Source of the DNA: Ylistrum balloti
Taxonomy: Eukaryota
Length of the DNA stretch: 62,659 nucleotides
Reading direction: 5' to 3'
Assembly (NCBI RefSeq): GCF_031769215.1
Contig: NW_026782009.1
Location: 1,116,001-1,178,659 of the forward strand
Shown here: positions 53,370 to 62,659 of the stretch, in pieces
Layout: every line of letters begins with the position of its first letter
How positions within the stretch are numbered: the stretch's first letter is position 1
Made by a program: the position numbers and the translations under genes
The notes under the pieces: generated by a model
Database searches by the model: none
Seen by the model: only the letters and a program-made list of their open reading frames with translations
Told to the model about the DNA's origin: nothing

Positions 53370-55605
53370 CAATCCCACAAGCGATAGCTTAAACAACTAT
53401 AAAATCATTAGGGCCAACGCCCGTCGTGGTATAAGCTTATACAGAAATTTGTTTTGAAGATCTTATGTGTTCAAATTAAATTTTAAAACATCTACCAAAA
53501 AGATATGGGGTACGATTAAACGAATCAGCGGTAAAATGTCACTCATAACATAGAGACATCTAAAAACAGTTGGAAAATTAGCCACATCAAAATTTGATAT
53601 TGCAGATGCTTTGGGATCTGCTTATTCAAAAACCCTCGTCTGCAAATAAACATTCCAAACATTTTGAAAAATTCAAGACCACTCGAGAAAAACTAAGTTG
53701 AAATTATCTTCCGAAAAAAATGAAACTTACAAGCAACCTTCTCAAAGTTAGAGCTTGGAGAATCGTTGAAAAAAATCATAATCATTTGGTTAGACTTGAA
53801 ACCTTTGTGCGTGAGGTTTTTCTTAACAAGGAGCACTTGGTTGCTATTTTCTTCGATTTGGAAAAGGCTTACGACACAACGTGGAAATACGGTATAATGA
53901 AATATCTGCACGATAAAGGTATTTGAGGTAATCTACCAATTTTTATTTCAAATTTTCTATCAGATAGAGTATTTCAAGTCCGGAATGGAACGACCCTTTC
54001 CCATGTTCATCAGCAGGAAATGAGTGTACCATAAGGCAGCATTCTTTCGGTTACACTTTTTGGACTTAAAATGAACAAAACATTATCCCCTTCATTGGAG
54101 GGCGCTCTTTATGTTGATGACTTCATCATATACTATCGACCTAAGCATATAAATACCATCGAAAGAAAACTACAACAATGTTTTAATCAAATTTGGGCAG
54201 ATGAAAATGGTTTTAAATTTTCACAATCAAAAACAGTTTGTATGCATTTTTGTCAAACTCGGAAACAACACGACGATCCAAATCTGTTTCTCTGTTGTAC
54301 CAATCGCGGTTGTTGAGCAAACCAAACTGTTAGGTGTAATATCCGACAGGAAATTGTCGTTCCTTCCACATATAAAAGACCTTAAAGCCGCATGCCTTAA
54401 GGCACTGAATATTCTAAAGGTTGTGTCCCACACTGATTGGGGAGCTGATAAAAAAATTTTGCTAAGACTCTTTAGAGCTCGTATTAGATCAAAATTAGAC
54501 TACGGTTCCCTCGTATATGGATCTGCTAGACCTTCATATCTCAAATTATTAGACACTGTTCATCATCACCAAGGTCTCAGGCTCGCTTTCGGAGCTTTTA
54601 AGACCACACCTACAGCAAGTCTCTATGTAGAGGCTAACGAACCATCGCTATATGCCCGTCGAAATAAATTGGCTTTGCAATACACCATTCAACTAATGTA
54701 AAATCCTTCAAATCCTGCTTTTTCACTTGTATTTCATCCTGTTTCATTCCATCATTCGGTATTCGAATATCCGCTCTTTTACAAAACACAAATATTGATA
54801 TTGACCAAATTCAGTCTTTTTGGGTGTGTTAATAAGTAATAATTATTAGTAATAATTGTTGGCCCTAAATTCTTGTTTGTACTAAATTCAGTCTTTTGGA
54901 ACGACTGAAATTCCACCCTGGCTCTTAAATTCACCTGAAGTTGACTTTTCACTTCATGAAATGCTTAAATCAAACACAGACAGTTACACCTTTCGTTCAT
55001 CCTTCTCGAAATTGCAGTTAAAATATGAGAGAGGTTCTACATTTATATACTGATGGTTCAAAAGATAATGATAAGGTTGCTTACCTAAGAGAAAACCTAT
55101 GGATGCTGGCTACCGAACAACGCCTCAATATTCTCGGCGAGCTATTTAACTCGCCCTTGAATATATTCAAAGAAACAAAGTAATGAGAGCTGTTATCCAT
55201 TCTTTCTCTTCTGAAAAGTCTTAGTAATAGAAATATCGAAAATATTTTCACTCCTAATACATTAATACTATATCATGAACTTACATTTAATTTCCGTATT
55301 GCTTTTTGTTGGGTTTCATGGGCACATGGTAATATCAGGCAATGAAAAAGCAGATCGTATTGCAACGGAAGCTTTATCACTACCACCTGTTGCTTTAAAC
55401 TTCATTTTATCGATTTTAAACCATTTATTAAACACATTTTAAAAGCTCAGTGGAATACATATACCAATAAGAAATTGCATCCTGAAAAACATGTTATCAG
55501 TGAATGGTCTCCAGGCTATAGAGACAACCACCGAAACTAAGCTGTCCTTGCCCGTCTTCGGATGAATCATACATACCTTACACATTCATATATGTTGAAA
55601 GGTAT
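53370..55605 (+). pseudogene. I/Nimb-type LINE ORF2 remnant (RT + RNase H)
   Basis: FFDLEKAYDTTWKYGI, GALYVDDF, SKLDYGSLVYGSARPS and YTDGSK, with stops, frameshifts and an internal deletion near 53750. Confidence 0.9.
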
Positions 55606-55624
55606 ACAGTGTTAAGACAACATG

Positions 55625-56310
55625 TGAGCGATACAGCCTCTTTTTTTAAGCAACAAAGCAGCCGATGGAGTTGCCATCCTGGTTGACAACCAAGTTTCTC
55701 ACAGAAAAACAGCATTCAATACAGACCTCCAGGCAACTGTTGTTAGTGTTACGTTCCATAGAACACTTAAAGTATGCTCTATGTATCTACCTCCAAACTC
55801 CTTTCGCAACTGCCTTCCCCATCCATACTTTTTGGCGACTGATATGGTCAAAACAACCTTTTGGGGTTCACCCGACAGTAATGTGAGAGGAACAAAATTT
55901 GGAAAAAAAATATTGGAAAATAACTTTTGTCTTATTTGCATCCATTTTCCGGATCATTCTCGCGCCTTGATTAAACTTTAGGTCACCCATCGTTTTGACT
56001 CGATTTCGAACGGACGGTACATGACGATCTCTGTGGAATTGACCACTATCCAATATTTCTAAGGGATTGTGGATCCACAGAGAGCGATTATGTTCTCCAT
56101 TGGAAATTACACGAAGTAGATTGGAGTAAACCCGTTAAGATAACCGCTTTGAGGCAATTCAAAAACAATCCCACAAGTGATAGCTTGAACAACTATGAAA
56201 TTATGAGAGCAAATTCCCGTCGTGCTATACGCTTAAACACTCAAAAAAATGTCCAAAAATACATCCACCAAATAGGTATGGGGTATCATTAAACTATTCA
56301 GCGGTAAAAC
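55625..56310 (+). mobile_element. LINE AP-endonuclease fragment
   Basis: DGVAILVDNQV..LQATVVSVT..VCSMYLPP and FWGSPDSNVRG match the APE domain of the same LINE type. Confidence 0.7.
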
Positions 56311-56471
56311 AAAAGGTGGCTTCTGTTCACTAAAAGTTTAACGGTGAATGACTCCTCCCATCCTATGCACCGAAGATTATCTTCACCTTTTCAACATGAA
56401 TAAATGGGTAAGTTATGTGCTGTGACATAAAGAGACGTCCATTTCAAGTTTACATTGATATTGTATATATA

Positions 56472-56832
56472 ATGTGAGTCCGCATACTAATTACCTCTTA
56501 GTTTGTTTGATGTTATTTTTTTTATATCACTGTGTCACTCACCGGGTGATGGCCGTAATGACCTTTTATGTGTTGACGGGTCGTTAAGACTGTAGTTATA
56601 ATAAAAACAAATAATACAATGTAAATAAATTGTGTGTCCGCATACTAATTACCATTTAGTTTGTTTGATGTTATTTCTTTTTGTGTCACTGTGTCACTCA
56701 CCGGTTGGTGACTGTAATGACCTTTTATGTGTTGACGGGTCATTAAACCTATAATTATAATTAAAAAAATATGATATTATGTAAATAAATTGTGTGTTCG
56801 CATACTAATTACCTCTTAGTTTGTTTGATGTT
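56472..56832 (+). repeat. ~159-bp tandem repeat (~2.2 copies) containing the LINE 3' UTR end
   Basis: CGCATACTAA at 56481, 56639 and 56799. The unit contains GTTTGATGTTATTT...TAATGACCTTTTATGTGTTGACGGG, also seen at the LINE 3' ends (~48770, ~32800). Confidence 0.85.
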
Positions 56833-58333
56833 TGATGACGGACAAGGTGGTTGTCTCTATAGCCTGGAGACCATTCAATGATAACAGGTTTAAGGGGGTG
56901 CAATTTGTTTTTGGTATAGGTATTCCAATCCTCCTACCACTGAGCTTTTAAGATTTGTTAAATAAATGGTTTAAAATCGGTAAAATGAAGTTTCAAAACA
57001 ACAGATGGTAGCGATAAAGTTTCCTTTGCGACACGATCTGCTTTGTCTTTACCTGGTATTCCCATGCGCCTAGGAAACCAGCAAAAAGCAATACGAAAGT
57101 TAAAAGCAAGTTCATGATATAGGATTAATGCATTACGAATGAAAATATTTTCGATATTTTTTATTGTAAGAGTTTGTAGAGCAGAAAGAGTGTCTGAATG
57201 GATAACAGCTCTCATTATTTTGTTTCTTTGAATATATGCAAGGGCGAGGTATATAGCTCGCGCTTCTGCCGAGAATATTGAGGCGTTGTTCGGTAGCCGG
57301 CATCCATAGGTTTCATCTTGTGTCCATGGCCGCAGCAACCTTATAATTATCTTTTGAACCATCACCATATTAATGTAGAAATTGTTTTATATTTTGATTG
57401 CAATTTCGAGAAGGATGAACGAAAGGTGTAACTATCTGTGTATGATTTAAGCATTTCGTGAAGTGAAAAGCCAACTTCAGGTGAATTCATGAGCCAAGGG
57501 TAGAATTTCTATCGTTCCAAATGACTGAATTTGGTTAACATCAATATTTGTTTTTTTTAAAAGAGCAGGAAATCGAATACCAAATGATGGAATAGTTTTT
57601 GGTTTGCCCTGAAACAAGGTTTTATATTTTGGATCAAATACATTGGAAAAAACATGATTTGAAGGATTTGACCTTAGCTGAATGGTGCATTGCACAGCCA
57701 ATTTATTTAGACGGCTAAATAGTGATGGTTCGTTAACTTCTACATAGAGACTTGCTGTAGGTGTGGTCTTAAAAGCTCCGAGAGCGAGCCTGGGACCTTG
57801 GTGATGAACAGTGTCTAATAATTTTAAATATGAAGGTAAGGTCTAGCAGATCCATATACGATGGGACCGTAGTTCAATTTTGATCTCATAATGGCGCTAT
57901 AGTGTCTTAGTAAAACTTTCCTCTCAGTTCCCCAATCAGTGTGGGACACAACCTTTAGAATATTCAGTGCCTTAAGGCATGTGGCTTTAAGGTATTTTAT
58001 GTGTTGAAGAAACGACAATTTTCTGTCTAATATTACGGCTCAACAACCGCAATTGGTGCACCACACTCAGACAGATTTGGATCGTTCTGTTGTTTCCTAA
58101 TTTGACAAAAATGCATACAACTGTTTTTGATTGTGAAAATTTAAAACCATTTCCATCTGCCCAAATTTGTAGTCGATTAAAACATTGTCAAGTTGTCTTT
58201 CGATGGTATTGATATGCTTAGATCGATAGCACATGATGAATTCAACGACATAAAGAGCGCCCTCCATTGTAGGGGATAATGTTTTGACAATACTGTTCAT
58301 TTTAAGTCCAAAAAGTGTAATCGAAAGAATGCT

Positions 58334-60538
58334 TTTAATCTTTTAATAATTATTTTTTATCAATATCAGAAACTGAAAAGACTGCTTACGATTTACCTAC
58401 CGACTTTAACTGTCCAGAACATAGCTTCGCGATCTTTGACATCACAGAACAAGACATTATTGACCAACTTCACCAGCATAATGCTAATAAACCTCAAGGA
58501 CCTGACTCTATTCCTCCAAAATTTATTAAAGGAGTTTCTCAATCTTTAATTAGACCTCTTTTTCTAATCTTTAAAGGTAAAATGTCCATGTAACACCCGT
58601 GTACAAGTGCAAGGGTTCAAAAAATAATCCATCTAGTTATAGACCAATCTCTGTTACTACTATTTTTAGTAAATTACTTGACATTTTTTTTTAATATATG
58701 TTTAGTTATCTCTCAAGGTATAAAATTCTTTCTAAGAATCAATCAGGGTTTCTTCCTAAAGATTCAACTGTCTATCAATTATTAACCATATATGATGCTA
58801 TTGTAAAACACTTGGATAAAGGTAAAGAAGCCAGAATGATATTTTGCGATATAAGCAAAGCCTTTGACAGGGTTTGGCATGATTGTTTATTATTTAAATT
58901 AAAACAATATGGATTTTGTGGTAATATACTGAATTGGTTTTCATCGTGCTTAATAGATAGGAGACAGAGAGTGGTCTTAAATGGATTTAAATCTGACTGG
59001 AAATCTGGGGATACCTCAAGGATCAGTTTTAGGGCCATACTTGTTTTTATTATACATAAATGATATAGGAGATAATTTATCATCTAATGTCAAGCTTTTT
59101 GCTGATGACACATCTTTATATACATTGATAGAGGGTGACAGACAGGAGGCTGCTGATAAACTTAATGAAGATCTACGCAAAATTATTACTTTGGATAAAA
59201 AATGGGATATGATATTCAATCCGGACAAAACGGTTTCTCTTTTCTTTTTTCAAGACGGGCTGAATCTGGGACGTTGCATCCTGACCTCATTTTTAATAAC
59301 GAAGTAATAAATAATGTCTCTAATCATAAACACCTTGGTTTGATATTCAATGGCAATGCCAACTGGTCAACTCATATAAATTTTATTTATGAAAAAGCTT
59401 ATTCAAGACTTAATATTCTTAGAATGTTAAAATTCAAGCTTGATAGGAAATCTGTTGAGAAAATTTATATTTCATTCGTTCGTCTAATCTTAGAATGTTA
59501 AAATTCAAGCTTGATAGGAAATATGTTGAGAAAATTTATAGAGTATGCTGATATCGTATGGGCCAACTGTTCCCAGAGAGAGTGCGACGTCTAAGAGTCA
59601 GTCCAATATGAAGCATTACGAATTATTTCTGGATTAAGGCGAAGCACTAGCCATGATATTTTATATAAAGAGACTGACTATTGTATTTTTAAAATTTTTA
59701 ACAGTATTTGTCCATCTCATGTATCAGACTTGCTACTTCCCTTTTTTAACAACGCTGTTAATTACAACTTTCGACATGACAGGTTATTTGATGTCCTATT
59801 ATCAAGAACGCATTTATATAATTCTAGTTTTTTTCCATAACTTATGTCGGAATGGAACAAGCCAGCCTGTCTGTTACCCACTTTGACATCTCTTGGTGCA
59901 CTAAAAAGGAATGTTTAAACTCATCAGATATGGGTGCTTTCCCAAAATGTAGTAACATTTTTAAATATCATGGTGATAGGAAAATTAATATAACATTATG
60001 TCACTTAAAATCTGATTGATTCAATTCATATCTTAATGATAACCCTGTTTGTACATGTGGTGCTCCATTCGAAGATCGTGAACATTTTTTCCTGCACTGT
60101 CCTCTGTATACTAATCAAAGACTAATACTATTTAACTCTTTGTTAGCGCTAAATGACTCTATTCCTCTCAATATTCAAACTTTCATTTATGGTTTTCAGC
60201 CCCAAGATGTAAATATGAATATTAATATTATGGAGACGGTTCAGAAATACATAAGAGACACCAAACGATTTTTCTAGACCCTTAACTAGCTTAATTTTAC
60301 AATACTTTTAATATTTAAAATGTTTCTTGTCCATTGAAATTGACTGAAATGCACAAATAATTTCCTGTCCAAACTCTTTAATAATTCATGAAATTTATGT
60401 ATAAGTAATATTCATATGTAATGTGCATGTATATACTGTTATATTTTGTAAGGAGAGGGCTTATATAGGCTTTGCCTGTTGCCCAATTCCTTTTGTACAT
60501 ACGATCAGTACAATAAAATATTCTGAAATGAAAAAAAA
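58334..60538 (+). mobile_element. 5'-truncated CR1/L2-like LINE inserted in the minus-strand LINE
   Basis: GPDSIPP, YRPIS, NQSGFLPKDST, IFCDISKAFDRVWH, PQGSVLGPYLFLLYINDI and LFADDT. Ends with AATAAA and an A-run. Flanked by GCT (58331-58333 and 60539-60541). Confidence 0.88.
59417..59540 (+). repeat. 71-bp tandem duplication inside the CR1-like RT
   Basis: TCTTAGAATGTTAAAATTCAAGCTTGATAGGAAAT(C/A)TGTTGAGAAAATTTATA starts at 59417 and again at 59488. Confidence 0.9.
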
Positions 60539-62659
60539 GCTATCTTGTGGTACACCCATCTCCTGCTGATGAACATCGGAAAGGGTCGTTCCATTCCGGA
60601 CTTGAAATACTCTATCTGATAGAAAATTTGAAAAAAAATGGTTGATTACCTTTAATACCTATATTGTGCAGACCTTTCACTATACCGTATTTCCACGTTG
60701 TGTCGTAAGCCTTTTCCAAATCGAAGGAAACAGCAAGCAAGTGCTCCTTGTTTAGAAAAGCCTCGCGCACAAAGGTTTCAAGTCCAATCAAATGTTCGTT
60801 GGTACCTCGCTTAGATCTAAAACAATTTTGTAGGGGTGAAATTATGCGATTGGATTCCCGATAACAAATTAATCTTGAATTTATCATCCGCTCTAGAGTT
60901 TTACAAACGCAACTCGTAAGTGATATTGGACGGTAACTGGAGGGATCTGTTTTATCTTTACCCTGTTTGGGGATAGGAATCACAGTTGCCATTTTCCATG
61001 ACTTTGGGACATTTCTCGATCTAAAAATATAGTTAAAAATATCTAGAAGTTTTTCTAAAGATGCGTCTGGTAGGTGTTTTAGGAACTAATAGTGAATATC
61101 ATCAGGTCCTGTTGCAGAGTCATGTGATTTTTCCAACGATTCTCGAAGTTCTAACAATGAGAAAGGTTGATTGTAAGTTTCATTGTTTTCGGAAGAAAAT
61201 TTCAATTTAGTTTTTTCACGCGTGGTCTTAAATTTTTGAATTGTTTTTGGAATGATTATTATAAAAAAAAACAGATCACAAAGCATTTGCAATATCAATT
61301 TTCGATGTTGCTAATTTTCATTTAGTTTTCAGATGTCCTATTGTTTTGAATGATGTTTTTTCCACTGATTCGTTTAATCCTATTCCATACATTTTTGGTG
61401 GATGTATTGGAAATTAATTTGGATACTTAAGATCTCCAAGACAATTTTTTCTAAGCATATAGCACGAAGGGCTTTCGCCCGAATAATTTTGTAGTTGTTT
61501 AAGCTATCGCTTGAGGGGTTGTATTTGAATTGCCTCAAAGCGGTTTTCCTATTTCGAATAGCTTTATCACAATTTTCATTAATCCAAGGTCTTTTATTGC
61601 GTTTTCTTTTGGCTTTTGGTATACATACTTCGGCTAGTAAAGGATTCTATTTAACCTAAGGCGTTTTGACAGCATTAATAGAGATCTTGAAGGATCTTGA
61701 AGTAGCTACCTTGTACTCCATATCCTCCAGAGTGCCGAATTTGTTGAAAATGTGAATTGGGTCGTCAGACCCTTTTTTCGTTCTATCTGAGGAAATTTGA
61801 ATTTTCTGCTTTTGCTGGCTTTTCACTTTTTGAGTGTTGGAGGCAGGTTTTGATTGTGATTGAGGGTTCTGATTCTGTTTTGATGGTGATGGTGATGGTG
61901 TTGGTCGCAATGACTGTGTTGAAGTCGTTGATACAGCAGGTCTAAGGCCAGAAAGATTGTCGCACGCTATGTCAGTGTGTGTAACTGCATCACATGTCTG
62001 TGTTGCAGCATCACGGGTCTCCACGGTTTTAATACCAACCTTTGCACGACTGGCATAGGATGAACCCGACGAGGTACTTCAACAATCTTTCTTGCTTCGG
62101 GGAAAATAATGTTGTTTGTATACTTGACGCGAAGGATCTCTTTTAACCTTGCGCCAAGCAGGCAATCTCTAGAATATGCCGGATGCCTTTCATCACAGTT
62201 GGCACAGTGAGTTCGACCATCACAAGCGCCATCTGCTGTCCCATCTTCGTGGCCTACAACACCTCACTTTGTATTAACTTTCTGTTTCTTGGAGTTATCA
62301 GAATGATGTCCAAATTTCTGGCAACCAAAGCATCGCAGTGGATTTGGGATGCAACATCCACACCAACATTTTCGAAGCCAACTTTTACAGGTTTTGGCAA
62401 AATTGGGGTGTTAAAATAAGATCAAAAGTATTGGTGTCACGGATGCTGCCATCTCGCTTCATCCTGATCCGTTTTACATGATTTACTTTCTGTTTTTTTT
62501 TTTTTTTTTTTCTTTTTGTTTTGTTTTTTTTTTAAATAACAGAGGATGTTCTCTTAGCTCTCTCCCTGAAGAGATGGACAACGTATAACGCCCTTTGATG
62601 TGTTCAGTGAGGAGTGAGTGACAACCTGTACAGCTATTTCTAAGAGGTTCTTTGCCTGT

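Larger units (their letters stand above)
56840..62659 (-). mobile_element. Longest I/Nimb-type LINE copy (ORF1 zinc knuckles, RT, RNase H), interrupted by a CR1-like LINE; runs off right edge
   Basis: ORF1 remnants SLNTSKGVIRC, LPKPVKVG, PNPLRCFGCQKFGH and HCANCDERHPAYSRDC; RT ATVIPIPKQGKD..YRPISLT and FDLEKAYDTTW; RNase H NASIFSAEARAIYLAL. Confidence 0.88.

Overview
Eukaryotic, AT-rich, intron-containing DNA, most likely a bivalve mollusc (oyster-like; inferred from repeat types and composition, not proven). The only host gene is at the left end: a spliced iterative type I polyketide synthase whose N-terminal KS part lies upstream of the window. Visible architecture: KS-AT-DH-(structural psiKR)-degenerate ER-KR-ACP-NRPS-type condensation (C) domain, then an in-phase downstream exon encoding an unrecognised, possibly PH-like, extension. 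It has no thioesterase, methyltransferase or adenylation domain. Intact DH and KR, an ER lacking its NADPH motif, and a terminal C domain suggest an animal polyene synthase that releases its chain as an amide or ester. This is the strongest candidate for an undescribed system. The remaining ~50 kb is a transposon graveyard: many decayed I/Nimb-type LINEs (EN-RT-RNase H, TAA tails), a CR1-like LINE nested in one of them, two tandem Academ-like DNA transposons with TIRs, two solo LTRs with 4-bp TSDs, Gypsy remnants, a Harbinger-like Myb fragment and several tandem repeats. No rRNA, tRNA or CRISPR array was found. All motif calls were made by eye; no searches were run.
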